A DNA stretch of 64,000 nt from an uncultured Acidobacteriota bacterium (GCA_963713825.1 CAVQNG010000014.1:160001-224000); one strand, 5' to 3'. Counted from the stretch's first letter, positions 18,732-28,652 are shown. Numbers and translations: made by a program. The notes: a model not told the origin generated them from the sequence alone.

Positions 18732-20120
18732 ATGAAAAGCAGGGTTTGCCGGAGAGTGATGATCGGGTGCGCCTTGAGCGCTGTCGCAATCGTAGCTGTT
18801 GCGCCAGTTGTAGCTGCGGCGCAAGGGGTGGGCGAGCAGGGCCGCTGGGTCGATGGGCCCGGTGCGGTCTTGAGGCAGCGTCAGAGGGTCGAGCCAGTCA
18901 ATCGGGCGTTGGAGGAGCGCTTGACGGAGCTCTTGCCTCGTCTCATGCGAGAAGTCGGACTGGATATGTGGGTGGTGATCAATCGGGAGTACGCCGAAGA
19001 CCCCGTCTACCTGACACTGGTTCCGGACCCGGTCTTTGCGGCTCGTCGCACGACTATGCTGGTGTTTCATGACCGCGGCGACGGGGCCGGGATCGATCGC
19101 CTGACGGTCAGTCGCTATCCGTTGGGCGAGCTCTACGAAGCGGTCTGGGAGGGTGGCGATCTCGACGAGCAGTGGGCTCGCCTGGCCGAAGTCATTGCAG
19201 AGCGCAATCCCCAGCGGATCGGCATCAATGTGAGTCGCCACTGGCCGGTGGCCGACGGCCTCACAGCCTCTCTTCGAGACCGACTCGAGGAGTCGATTGG
19301 CACCGACCTTGCCCTGAAGTTGGTGAGTGCCGAAGATTTGGCGATTCGCTGGCTCGAGACACGCTCGGCTCTCGAACAGGAGAGTTATCCGCATATCGTG
19401 GCCCTCGCCCGCGGCGTCATTTCGGAGGCTTTTTCGAATCAAGTGATCACACCGGGTGTGACCACCACGGAGGACGTCGGCTGGTACATCCGGCAGCGCT
19501 TCGCGGATCTCGACTTGCCGGTGTGGTTCATGCCCGACGTCGACGTGCAGCGACAGGGGACCGAGTGCGAGGAGGGAGCGCCTTTCTGCGGTGAGACCAA
19601 TGTCGTGATTCAGAGGGGAGACCTTCTGCACACCGACGTCGGAATCTGCTATCTGCGGCTGTGCACCGACACTCAGGAAATGGGGTACGTGTTGCGCCGC
19701 GGGGAGACCGACGTCCCAGCGGAGCTGCGCAGCGCTCTGGAACAAGGCAACCGCTGGCAGGATCTGTTGACGGACGAGTTCGAGGAAGGTCGGACGGGGA
19801 ACGAGATCTTGGCCGCAGCGCGGGCCGCCGCGGAGCAGGCCGGAATCACGGTCAGTATCTACAGTCATGCAGTCGGCTTCTTCGGACATGCGCCAGGCCC
19901 CACGATCGGTATGTGGGACAACCAGGGTGAGACGCCCGTCAGGGGTGACTGGAAGTTGTATGCCGACACGGCCTACGCGATCGAAGGCAACAGTATGGTT
20001 CAGTTCTCCGAGTGGGGCGATCAGTGGCTGCAGATCAAGTTGGAGCAAAGTGCGCTCTTCGACGGAGAGAAGGTTCACTTCCTGGCTGGTCGCCAGACCC
20101 GCTGGCATCTGGTTTACTAG
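18732..20120 (+). CDS. M24-family (Xaa-Pro aminopeptidase-like) metallopeptidase, exported
   Basis: Signal peptide; pita-bread metal ligands HTDVG, TDTQE, YSH.VG..GH, AIE and LEQ. Confidence 0.85.
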   Translation: MKSRVCRRVMIGCALSAVAIVAVAPVVAAAQGVGEQGRWVDGPGAVLRQRQRVEPVNRALEERLTELLPRLMREVGLDMWVVINREYAEDPVYLTLVPDPVFAARRTTMLVFHDRGDGAGIDRLTVSRYPLGELYEAVWEGGDLDEQWARLAEVIAERNPQRIGINVSRHWPVADGLTASLRDRLEESIGTDLALKLVSAEDLAIRWLETRSALEQESYPHIVALARGVISEAFSNQVITPGVTTTEDVGWYIRQRFADLDLPVWFMPDVDVQRQGTECEEGAPFCGETNVVIQRGDLLHTDVGICYLRLCTDTQEMGYVLRRGETDVPAELRSALEQGNRWQDLLTDEFEEGRTGNEILAAARAAAEQAGITVSIYSHAVGFFGHAPGPTIGMWDNQGETPVRGDWKLYADTAYAIEGNSMVQFSEWGDQWLQIKLEQSALFDGEKVHFLAGRQTRWHLVY

Positions 20121-20196
20121 ACTAGGACGCTCTGCAGCGACAGCTTCAATGAGGGCCTGTCGGTAACATCGGGGGGAGAATAGAGCTCCTACTTTC

Positions 20197-22428
20197 ATGA
20201 CCGACGAACGATCATCGGGCGACAACGCTGGCACGCGGCGTCCCCGGGAAATGTGGGATCTGCCCCTTCGGGGTGATGAACGACCACCCCCCGGGCTGGG
20301 CTTGACCAAGGAGGAGCACACCGCCCCTCGGGAAGCCGAGCCGCCGCCCCGCCGACGTAGATCCGTTCAGGAGCGGCAGACGCTGCGGCGCAGATTCTTG
20401 CTGGGTGCGACTCTGGTGTTGCTCCTCGGCGCGATCGGCTTGCTGCTTTTCTGGCCGTCACCGCCGAAGGCTGTCTTTCACCCCGACCCGATGAACATGG
20501 GACAGCAGCGGGTGGGATCGTCCAGCGAAGTTCAGGTTCTCTCCATCGCCAATGAGGGTGAACGACCCATGCCGGTGTCGGGCCTCCTTCTCAGGGGCCC
20601 TGCGGCCGGAGAGTTCGAGCTCATTTCCGAGGACTGCAGTGCGCGCGAGCTGGCAGCTCTGGAAACCTGCAAGGCCGAGCTGAGAATGACACCGAGTGCT
20701 GTCGGCTCTCGGGAGGCCATCGTCGAATTGCAGGGCGACTTCCGACAAGCACCTGTGAGTGTGGCGCTGGCCGGAATTGGCATCGCTCCGATGCTCCAGG
20801 TCAGCACCGAAGAGGTCGATTTCGGCAAGCGTGATGTGGGCACCTCGAGCTCGGCATCGACCGTGACGGTCACGAACGCAGGCACATCTCCCCTGAGCAT
20901 CGAGGCCGTCGAATTGCAGGGCGCCTCTAGAGGTGATTTCCGGCGCCAACGCGATCGATGTACCTCCAGCTCGCTCCAGCCCGGAGAAGAGTGCAGTCTG
21001 CAGGTCCTGTTTTCGCCACGGGCCGCTGGGCGCCGCTCGGCGGAGGTATCCTTCAAGAGCGATTCCCTGGGTACAGCATCGGTCGTTCGCCTCGAGGGCA
21101 GGGGCGAATGGAGCGGTCCAGCTCTCGCCTTGAGTCGAGATTCCCTGGACTTTGGTGATCGATTGGTGGGTAGCCCGGCGGCGAGCCTCTCCGTCGACGT
21201 GACCAATCGCCATGGAGCGGCGGTCTCCGGGCTGTCGGTGAAGCTTCTCGAAGGGGCGAACACCTTCTCGATTGTCCGTCAAACCTGCAGCGGTCGGTCG
21301 ATATCGCCTGGGGAAGCGTGCACGATCGAAGTGAGCTTTCACGTTGGCGAAGAGGGTCCGTCCGCCTCGACTCTGGCTATCGGGCAAGAGGCAGGGACCC
21401 TACAAGTGGAGTTGACCGGAACAGGAGTGGTGCCTCGGCTGACGACAGATGCCGAGGCGATGGAATTCGGGTCTCTGATCGTCGGCGCAGAGCCTGGGCG
21501 CCAACGGATCGTGGTTTCCAATGAAGGAACGGCCGCAGCCAACTTGCGCAGCATCGAGATCGAGGGCCAGGATGCCCCAGCCTTCAGCAAACAGGGTGAC
21601 GGATGTTCGAAGAAGGTCCTGCGCCAAGGCGATCGTTGCGCGTTGGAGGTCGAGTTTCGCCCCAATCGGGAAGGGCGGCATCAGGCGGCGCTGGCAATCG
21701 CCGCCTCGGAGTTGGCCGATGTCGAGAGGATTCAGCTGATGGGGCTGGGAGCCGCCCCGCGATTGACCATGAATCTCGAAATGGTGGAGTTCGGTAACGT
21801 CCGGAGATCGACCTCCAGAGATGTTCATCTGACCGCTTCGAATCCCGGCACCGCCGACCTCAGATTCCGCGGTGCCAAGGTGGCGACGGAGGTGGCGAGC
21901 GATTTTCGAATTCTCGGTGGCTCTTGTCTGCCGCAGGCAGTGTTGCAGCCCGGCACGACTTGTACCGTCAGCCTTCGGTTTTCCCCTGGTACGGAGGGCC
22001 GTTTGACGGGGACCCTCGAGCTCGACCACGATGGTCTCACCGGTCCTCGCCGCGTGCCCTTGGGAGGGGTCGGACTGCCGCCACCAACCCCGCAGATTCG
22101 AGTCAGTCCTCCACGGCTCGATTTCGGGCCCCAGCCGGTGGGCCAGCGTTCGACCATCTTCACGGTGACGATCAGGAACACGGGAACCGGAGGATTGAAG
22201 TTCACAGACTTCGCCCTCTCCGGACCGGCGCGAGGTGACTTTCAAATCGTGCCGGCCACCTGTCAGGCAGTCCCGACGATTCTCGCCGATAGCGATTGCA
22301 CCGTTGGTGTGCGCTTTCTTCCTTCGACCGCCGGAGAAAGACGGGGGAGGTTGGAAGTCAAGAGCAACGCGTTTGCTGGTGAAAACAGTGTGGAGCTGAT
22401 CGGCAGCGGCTTGGGCGGCGGGGGATAG
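20197..22428 (+). CDS. Single-pass membrane protein with about 6 tandem ASH/choice-of-anchor-D Ig-like domains
   Basis: Arg-rich N-tail plus TM helix, then six ~105-aa repeats (DFG....G......V.N.G...L......F....C....L.PG..C...V.F.P...G...L). Confidence 0.85.
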   Translation: MTDERSSGDNAGTRRPREMWDLPLRGDERPPPGLGLTKEEHTAPREAEPPPRRRRSVQERQTLRRRFLLGATLVLLLGAIGLLLFWPSPPKAVFHPDPMNMGQQRVGSSSEVQVLSIANEGERPMPVSGLLLRGPAAGEFELISEDCSARELAALETCKAELRMTPSAVGSREAIVELQGDFRQAPVSVALAGIGIAPMLQVSTEEVDFGKRDVGTSSSASTVTVTNAGTSPLSIEAVELQGASRGDFRRQRDRCTSSSLQPGEECSLQVLFSPRAAGRRSAEVSFKSDSLGTASVVRLEGRGEWSGPALALSRDSLDFGDRLVGSPAASLSVDVTNRHGAAVSGLSVKLLEGANTFSIVRQTCSGRSISPGEACTIEVSFHVGEEGPSASTLAIGQEAGTLQVELTGTGVVPRLTTDAEAMEFGSLIVGAEPGRQRIVVSNEGTAAANLRSIEIEGQDAPAFSKQGDGCSKKVLRQGDRCALEVEFRPNREGRHQAALAIAASELADVERIQLMGLGAAPRLTMNLEMVEFGNVRRSTSRDVHLTASNPGTADLRFRGAKVATEVASDFRILGGSCLPQAVLQPGTTCTVSLRFSPGTEGRLTGTLELDHDGLTGPRRVPLGGVGLPPPTPQIRVSPPRLDFGPQPVGQRSTIFTVTIRNTGTGGLKFTDFALSGPARGDFQIVPATCQAVPTILADSDCTVGVRFLPSTAGERRGRLEVKSNAFAGENSVELIGSGLGGGG

Positions 22429-22441
22429 CGCATCCCTGTCA

Positions 22442-23527
22442 TCACGGGAGCAGACTCAGGATCAGGCCAGCCGCTTCCTGAGAGCCGGTGACCTCTGGTG
22501 CTTTTGGACTCCGCACAGCCTGCAAATCGCGCCGCTGCTCCGGCCAGTTTGCGGCCTCGAATTCGTCCTCTGTGAGTTCCCCGCAGACCAAGTTCCGCTC
22601 GGCGAATCGAGCCAAAGCTGGCGACTCCGGGAATCTCCGACGTTGCATGAAGAGGTAGGGAGTTGCAGCTTGGTAGACCTCGGCAAGGGTGCTGTAGCCC
22701 AGCTTGCCAACCACCAGGCTGGCAGCAGCTACGAGATCCGCGTGCTGGAAACTGGTTCGGTGGGGGAGGAGGATCAGATTCTGCTGCCGGATGAAGCTGT
22801 CGGCCCCGCCAGGGATCACAAAATGCAAGTCGGAATAGCGATGAAGCCGGTCGAGGAACTCGAAGCTGGCTGGGAATCCTCCCATGGTCAATAACACGAA
22901 CGGCGATCCTTCCGGGAGCTGCAACCTCGCGAGGATTTCGGGCCTCGACTGCCGGATTGGACGACTGATCGGCGGAACCGAAAGGGCACCTGAGACCGGT
23001 TGACAGAACGGCCTGGCCTGAATCCTCAGGTGCACCGTGGAGTAGAGGCTGTGCAGCTCATCGATAAAGGCTGAGAACCGCGGCTCGACCGAGAGATAGG
23101 CGCCATAGATCCAGTCCCAGGTGAAGTTCTCGACCAACACGCAGGGCAGGCCCAACGAGGACGCCACGGCGATTCCGAGGGGCGAAATGTCGCTCACCAC
23201 GAGGCTGCATCCAAGTCGACTCACCGTATCCGCTGCTTTGTCGACGGCCTCGGGTCGCAGGGGCAGGAAGTCGGAGAGCTCGCGGATCGTAGCCGAGAGG
23301 TCCTCCTCCATGGGAGTCGATTGCACAAGCCCGACGTCGGTATGGCCCGGGAGATGGTCGAAGGATGCGGTCATCGAATCCTCGAAGAACCACTTTGGGA
23401 CGCCGGTGAACAGCGCAAACCGGGTCCCGGGACGCTGATCGTGGATCGCCTCCATGACAGCGGCACTGCGGGCAGCGTGCCCGAAGCCATGAGAGGAAAC
23501 GAAGTAGGCGATGTGAGGTGGGGACAT
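22442..23527 (-). CDS. GT-B fold protein resembling the N-terminal glycosyltransferase-like domain of plant L-arabinokinase
   Basis: YFVSSHGFGHAARS, VSDISPLG, NFTWDWIY, KLGYSTLAE and RRRFPE motifs. Confidence 0.75.
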   Translation of the reverse strand: MSPPHIAYFVSSHGFGHAARSAAVMEAIHDQRPGTRFALFTGVPKWFFEDSMTASFDHLPGHTDVGLVQSTPMEEDLSATIRELSDFLPLRPEAVDKAADTVSRLGCSLVVSDISPLGIAVASSLGLPCVLVENFTWDWIYGAYLSVEPRFSAFIDELHSLYSTVHLRIQARPFCQPVSGALSVPPISRPIRQSRPEILARLQLPEGSPFVLLTMGGFPASFEFLDRLHRYSDLHFVIPGGADSFIRQQNLILLPHRTSFQHADLVAAASLVVGKLGYSTLAEVYQAATPYLFMQRRRFPESPALARFAERNLVCGELTEDEFEAANWPEQRRDLQAVRSPKAPEVTGSQEAAGLILSLLP

Positions 23528-23625
23528 ATCGATGTTCGGAGAGCTGGAGTTGGGAGGGCAGAAAGATCGAGGGCCACCCCGGTTCACGAGGTGGCCCCGA
23601 TTCGACATTGTCTTGGCTGCGGGAC

Positions 23626-23838
23626 TCAGTCGCCGACTCGAAGCACGTTTCTCGCCGCCGGTCCCTTCTCTCCTTCGACGATTTCGAACTGAACTCTCTC
23701 TCCCTCGACGAGAGTACGAAATCCCTCGGAGCTGATAGCAGTATGGTGCACGAAGCAATCATCCTGCCCATCTTCGGGTGTGATGAAACCGAAACCCTTC
23801 GCGTCGTTGAACCACTTCACTTTTCCGTAGATTGTCAC
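23626..23838 (-). CDS. Cold-shock protein (CspA family)
   Basis: [15 protein letters not shown] (RNP1), FVHHTAI (RNP2) and KGPAARNV; strong AGGAG RBS upstream of the GTG. Confidence 0.97.
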   Translation of the reverse strand: MTIYGKVKWFNDAKGFGFITPEDGQDDCFVHHTAISSEGFRTLVEGERVQFEIVEGEKGPAARNVLRVGD

Positions 23839-24210
23839 TTACCAACTCCTCTTGAGAAATGCCGCTCCGATGAATCTGTCGGATTCGGTTCGTGGCGGCG
23901 AGCTCTGCTCGAGCCGACGTTGGCCTGAGCCCTCCTTCCTCTGTTGACCTGGAAAGACGAGTCTCCGGTCTACCAGAGGAGCCTTCTGGAAAAAGAATAC
24001 TGCTCGTAGTTGCTGTGGTCCTCGGTCTTGGGTACTGGGGATAGGTGCTGTTGAAGTCGCTCGCTCTTGCCTGGCGACAATACCAGACGGCGAGTCGCCA
24101 GTCGATGCTCCCAACCTGTCAGCGATGGTGGAGTGATGTTACGCCGCTAGAGGGTGCTCTGGTACTCTGCCCAGAGAGGGTTTACGGCTAGTCGTGGCGC
24201 AATTCAGATC

Positions 24211-26445
24211 ATGAGAATCGAGGACTTGCAGGTGTTGGCGGCGAGAGCCGTCGAAGAGGGACGGCATCAGCTGCTCGAGCCTGAAGGCTTCGAGTTGCTG
24301 CGAGCTCTTGGGATCCAGTGCCCGTCTTTCGAGGTCGTCTCCAGGCCGGACAAAATCGATGAGGCTCTTCTGGCCAGGCTGCCAGGAGACAGGGTGGTTG
24401 TGAAGGTAATCGCCGCTGAGCTGCTCCACAAAAGCGATGCTGGGGGTGTCGAGATCGTAGCGAAGCGTCCCCGACAGGTTGTTGCGGCCGCGACTGAGAT
24501 GGCCAGCTCGATAGGTCAATTCGATCTGCGAGGGATCCTCCTTCAGGAGTGGATTGACTACGAAGCCGGATTGGGCAGCGAGGCTCTCCTCAGCCTCCGA
24601 TGGGACAGGGAGTTCGGCGCTGTTGTGACTTTTGGAGTCGGCGGAATTCATGCCGAGAAGGTGACTTCGGCCTTGAGGGAAGATGCAGCCTTGGGAATCT
24701 TCTCGGCCGAGACTGCAAGTGGAAACCGCTTTGGACAGGACGTCTCGGGTTTGCTGATTACGGAACTGATGACGCAATCCCAGCGCGGCAAACCGCCCCG
24801 ACTTTCGATCGAGCGGCTAGGCGAGGTGGTTGGTCGGTTCGCAGCCGCGGCACCGTTGCTCATGCCTGAGCTTTTCGTTGAGATCGAGTTGAATCCCCTG
24901 GTCGCGGCAGCCGGCGATCTGGTCGCCCTCGATGTCGCCGCCAAGGTTTCGACTGAGCAGCCACAGCCTGCGACTGCGCGGCCACTCGATAAGCTCGATC
25001 GTCTCCTACGACCTGACTCGATTGCCATCATCGGGGTGGCAAAGCGTCTCAATCCCGGGCGTCTGATCCTCAAGAACCTGCTCAGGCAGGGCTTCGACCC
25101 CGAAAGTGTGGCCGTGGTCAAGCCCGGGCTCGATTCCATCGAGGGCTGCAAGTGCTGCGCAGACATCGCTTCGCTGCCCGGAGTTGTAGATCTTCTGATC
25201 GTCAGCGTGGGTGCCGAGCAGGTGCCTCGCGTCGTGCAGGAGGTGATCGAGCATCGGAAGGCCGAGACGATGATCTTGATTCCGGGCGGGCTCGGGGAGA
25301 CGAGAGGCTCGGGAATGATCAGCGACTCGATCCGGCAGAGTCTCGCCGAGTCGCGAACATCCCAGTGGCGTGGGCCCTTGGTCAACGGTGGAAACTGTCT
25401 GGGAATCCGATCTCAGCCTGGAAGGTACGACACTTTCTTCATGCCGGATTACAAGATGCCTCCAATCGGGTGGGAAGAGGGCAATGTGGCACTCTTGGCC
25501 CAAAGCGGCGCCTTTCTCGCTTCGAAGTCGAGCAAGCTGGAGCAGCTACGCGTGCGATACGCAGTTTCCGTTGGCAACCAGATCGACCTTGCCCTCGGTG
25601 ATTACCTCTCCTACTTGCGGCAGGACGCGGCAGTCGACCTGATCGGGGTGTATGTCGAGGGTTTTCAGGATCTCGACGGGAGAGAGTTTCTCGAGGCAGC
25701 TCGACAGATTACAGCGGAAGGGCGGCGAATCGTACTCTATCGCGCGGGTCGCAGTCGATCAGGAGTCGCGGCTGCTGCGAGTCACACAGCAGCCTTGGCC
25801 GGCAGCTATCGGGTTACCAAAGCCCTTGCACAGTCAGCAGGAGTGCAGGTGGTGGACACCCTGGAGGACTTCGAAGGTCTGTTGCTACTGAACTCGGCCT
25901 TCGACGGCAGGTCGGTGGAAGGGACGAAGATTGGAGCTGTCTCCAATGCCGGTTACGAGTGCGTCGCCTTCTGGGACGGCCTCGCAGACATGCAGCCAGC
26001 CCAATTCGGTTCGCAGACCTGCCAGGACCTGTCGGAGATCTTTCGGAAGGCTGGAGTCGAAGGTGTCGTGGATGTCCGAAACCCGCTCGATCTGACTCCC
26101 ATCGCCCAAGATGCTCAGTTCGAGATGGCGGTTCGAATCGTGCTGCAGGATCCTGGGGTTGACATCGGGATCGTCGGTTGCGTTCCGTTGACGGGAGCCC
26201 TGAATACCCTGTCCGAGTCGGTGGCGCATGACGAGAATGTCGAATCCCAGACGTCCATCGCCTCGAGATTGGTGCAGGTCTGGGAAGAGACAAGCAAGCC
26301 CTGGGTAGCGGTTGTTGATGCCGGTGCGGCCTATGACGCCATGGACAGAGTACTGAGCGAGGGCGGTGTTCCGGTCTTTCGCACTGCCGATCGGGCGATC
26401 CGCCTCCTGGATCGGTACTGTGCCAGCAGCGTCGACACAGCATGA
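24211..26445 (+). CDS. ADP-forming acyl-CoA synthetase (acetate--CoA ligase family), single chain with ATP-grasp (beta) domain first and CoA-binding/ligase (alpha) domains second
   Basis: N-terminal HKSDAGGV and EIELNPL (ATP-grasp_5); then GGNCLG, QSGA, SVGNQID, YVEG, phospho-His motif ASHTAALAG and NPLDL. Confidence 0.88.
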   Translation: MRIEDLQVLAARAVEEGRHQLLEPEGFELLRALGIQCPSFEVVSRPDKIDEALLARLPGDRVVVKVIAAELLHKSDAGGVEIVAKRPRQVVAAATEMASSIGQFDLRGILLQEWIDYEAGLGSEALLSLRWDREFGAVVTFGVGGIHAEKVTSALREDAALGIFSAETASGNRFGQDVSGLLITELMTQSQRGKPPRLSIERLGEVVGRFAAAAPLLMPELFVEIELNPLVAAAGDLVALDVAAKVSTEQPQPATARPLDKLDRLLRPDSIAIIGVAKRLNPGRLILKNLLRQGFDPESVAVVKPGLDSIEGCKCCADIASLPGVVDLLIVSVGAEQVPRVVQEVIEHRKAETMILIPGGLGETRGSGMISDSIRQSLAESRTSQWRGPLVNGGNCLGIRSQPGRYDTFFMPDYKMPPIGWEEGNVALLAQSGAFLASKSSKLEQLRVRYAVSVGNQIDLALGDYLSYLRQDAAVDLIGVYVEGFQDLDGREFLEAARQITAEGRRIVLYRAGRSRSGVAAAASHTAALAGSYRVTKALAQSAGVQVVDTLEDFEGLLLLNSAFDGRSVEGTKIGAVSNAGYECVAFWDGLADMQPAQFGSQTCQDLSEIFRKAGVEGVVDVRNPLDLTPIAQDAQFEMAVRIVLQDPGVDIGIVGCVPLTGALNTLSESVAHDENVESQTSIASRLVQVWEETSKPWVAVVDAGAAYDAMDRVLSEGGVPVFRTADRAIRLLDRYCASSVDTA

Positions 26446-26524
26446 CTTCTGTCGGCTCGGATGTCGGACAACAGCCGACACTTTACCCCAAGTCTTGACT
26501 CGGGAGTCCCCAGGTCCATGGCGC

Positions 26525-27112
26525 TCAAGGGTAGAGGCGCTGCTCTCTCCATTCGCCGTCATCCTGACGCTCGTAGAGGAACCGGTCGTGAAGTCGGTAA
26601 AGCTGGTTGTGCCAGATCTCGACGCGGTCAGCCAGGACTTTGAAACCACCCCAGGAAGGGGGTCGGAGGACGGGTTTCCCAGCGAACCTGGCCTGAGTCC
26701 TCAGGAATCTTCCCACCAATTCACGTCGTGAGGCGAGCGGCTCGCTTTGTCGAGAGGCCCAGGCGCCGATCTGACTGCCGCGCGGCCTGGAAGCGAAGTA
26801 GTCGTCCGCTGTTGCCTCGCTGACCGCCTCGACCCTGCCCTCGATCCGGATCTGTTTGTGGAGTGTGGGCCAGTAGATGCACAGGGCGGCATAGGGGTTG
26901 ACCTGCAGGTCGTGCGCTTTGCGGCTTTGCAGATTCGTGTAGAAGGTGACGCCGACGGCGTCGATGTCTTTGATGAGGACGATCCGGGCGGAAGGACGCC
27001 CCCCGGCATCTGCGGTGGCCAGTGTGGCGGCGGTGGCGTCGTGACTTTCTTCGCTGTGGGCGCGAGACAGGAGGCGCGAGGCTTCTGCAAGAGGATCGGC
27101 AGGTCTGGTCAT
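26525..27112 (-). CDS. pdxH: Pyridoxamine 5'-phosphate oxidase
   Basis: LATAD...PSARIVLIK, FYTN..SRK, QIRIEG, YFASRP..SQIGAWAS.QS, RLHDR and RLYP. Confidence 0.96.
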   Translation of the reverse strand: MTRPADPLAEASRLLSRAHSEESHDATAATLATADAGGRPSARIVLIKDIDAVGVTFYTNLQSRKAHDLQVNPYAALCIYWPTLHKQIRIEGRVEAVSEATADDYFASRPRGSQIGAWASRQSEPLASRRELVGRFLRTQARFAGKPVLRPPSWGGFKVLADRVEIWHNQLYRLHDRFLYERQDDGEWREQRLYP

Positions 27113-27219
27113 AGGACGGCTATTGTAGCCGGGCACCAGTCGTCGGTGCGGCGGTTCACGCCGACTCTACAGGGGTGCCGCGGCGGTACGAGTTGCCCTG
27201 TGGTTCTTCGGCTCGAGTC

Positions 27220-27687
27220 TCAGTCGGCCGCGGAGAAGCGGCTCACTTTCGGGTCGACGAGCTGCGCGAAGTCCGTGAAGGAGAGCTTCACCAGTTCGGT
27301 GTGGGAGCCGGCGTTGAAGGCGATCTCCTCGTCTTCGGCCAGGGTCTCGCAGACGAATACGGGCATGTCCCAGAGATTTCCAAACGGGGGCATAGCGCCG
27401 GGCTCACAGCCGGGAAACAGGCCCTTGAATTCCTGTTCTGTCGCCAGCTCGACGACCCGGGCTCCAGCGGCGGAGCCGAGGTGCTCGAGGTCGACCTTGA
27501 ACGAGGCCGGCAGAACCGCCATGGCCATTTGGCCGTCGAGCTTGACCATGACCGTCTTGGCTAGCTCCTGACCTGGTATATGGGCCGAGGCGGCGACTTC
27601 CTGGGCGGTGTAGGCGGGCGAGTGGCTGATACTGACGTACTTGACGCTGTTCTGGTCCAGAAACTCTCGCAGCTTCTGCAATGGCAT
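27220..27687 (-). CDS. YbaK/EbsC-family aminoacyl-tRNA deacylase-like protein
   Basis: AKTVMV, CEPGAMPPFG and FNAGSH motifs; GGAGG RBS. Confidence 0.9.
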   Translation of the reverse strand: MPLQKLREFLDQNSVKYVSISHSPAYTAQEVAASAHIPGQELAKTVMVKLDGQMAMAVLPASFKVDLEHLGSAAGARVVELATEQEFKGLFPGCEPGAMPPFGNLWDMPVFVCETLAEDEEIAFNAGSHTELVKLSFTDFAQLVDPKVSRFSAAD

Positions 27688-27689
27688 GA

Positions 27690-28652
27690 CTACCTCCTGT
27701 CGATATCGTCAGGTGCAGGCTCGCCGATGGACCGACGAACCGTGAGTACCGGACAGTGGGCCTTTTGAATGACCCTCTCTGCCGTGCTGCCCAATAGGAC
27801 ATGGGCCAAGCCCGTTCTGCCGTGGGTCCCCAAGGCAATCCAGTCGACTGCCGCTTCGGCCGCTTGCTGAACAATGACCTGTGGCGGATATCCACCCTGG
27901 CTCAGCGGCTCGACCCTGACCTCCAATTCGGCCTCGATTGATTGCGCATGTCTTTCGAGCCGGTCGCTGACTTCCCGGGCAACCGCTTCCCAGACCGAGG
28001 CGTCTGGCGCCGCGGGACCGTAGATGCTGTCCATGCTGAACTCGTAGGGAACGTGGTAGACATGGAGCAGCAGCACTTCGGGTGGGTTCGAATCGGCGCC
28101 ATTCAGGAGCTCGATCGAGGTCGTGAGAGCCCACTTCGATGCGGCTGAGAAATCCGTCGCCACGAGAAGTTTGCGAATCTGTCTGCCAGGTGGTCGATCT
28201 CCAGGGTGGACCGTTAGGACAGGGCAGGTTGCCCTCTGCACGACCCGTTCGGCCGTGCTGCCGAGAAGGGGAGCCTCGACGGGACGATGGCCGCTCGTAC
28301 CGATGGTTACAAGCTCGGCCTCGAGCCGTCGCGCCTCCTCGACGATGATCTCAGATGGTTGTCCGATCCTGACCTGCCAGGTTGTGGCGACTCCGAGTTG
28401 CTGCGTCTCGCGAGCGATTCGATCGAGGTGTTGCCTGGCGGCATCCTCCAGCTGGACCGGGACCTTGGCTGCGAGCTCGCCGTAGTCCATGGCCCACCCA
28501 GCCAGGTTGAGGGCATGGATCAAGTGGAGCTCGAGACCCTTGTCGCGGGCGACGTGAACGGCCCAGCGAACTCCCGCATTCGCGGTCTCGGAGAGATCGG
28601 TAGCGGCGACGACCGTCCCCGGTCGGGACGGCAAGGAATCGGAACCAGCCAT
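27690..28652 (-). CDS. Universal stress protein with two USP domains
   Basis: Two copies of ATD(L/F)S...G(T)(S/H)G...LLGSTAERV..A.CPVLTV. Confidence 0.93.
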   Translation of the reverse strand: MAGSDSLPSRPGTVVAATDLSETANAGVRWAVHVARDKGLELHLIHALNLAGWAMDYGELAAKVPVQLEDAARQHLDRIARETQQLGVATTWQVRIGQPSEIIVEEARRLEAELVTIGTSGHRPVEAPLLGSTAERVVQRATCPVLTVHPGDRPPGRQIRKLLVATDFSAASKWALTTSIELLNGADSNPPEVLLLHVYHVPYEFSMDSIYGPAAPDASVWEAVAREVSDRLERHAQSIEAELEVRVEPLSQGGYPPQVIVQQAAEAAVDWIALGTHGRTGLAHVLLGSTAERVIQKAHCPVLTVRRSIGEPAPDDIDRR

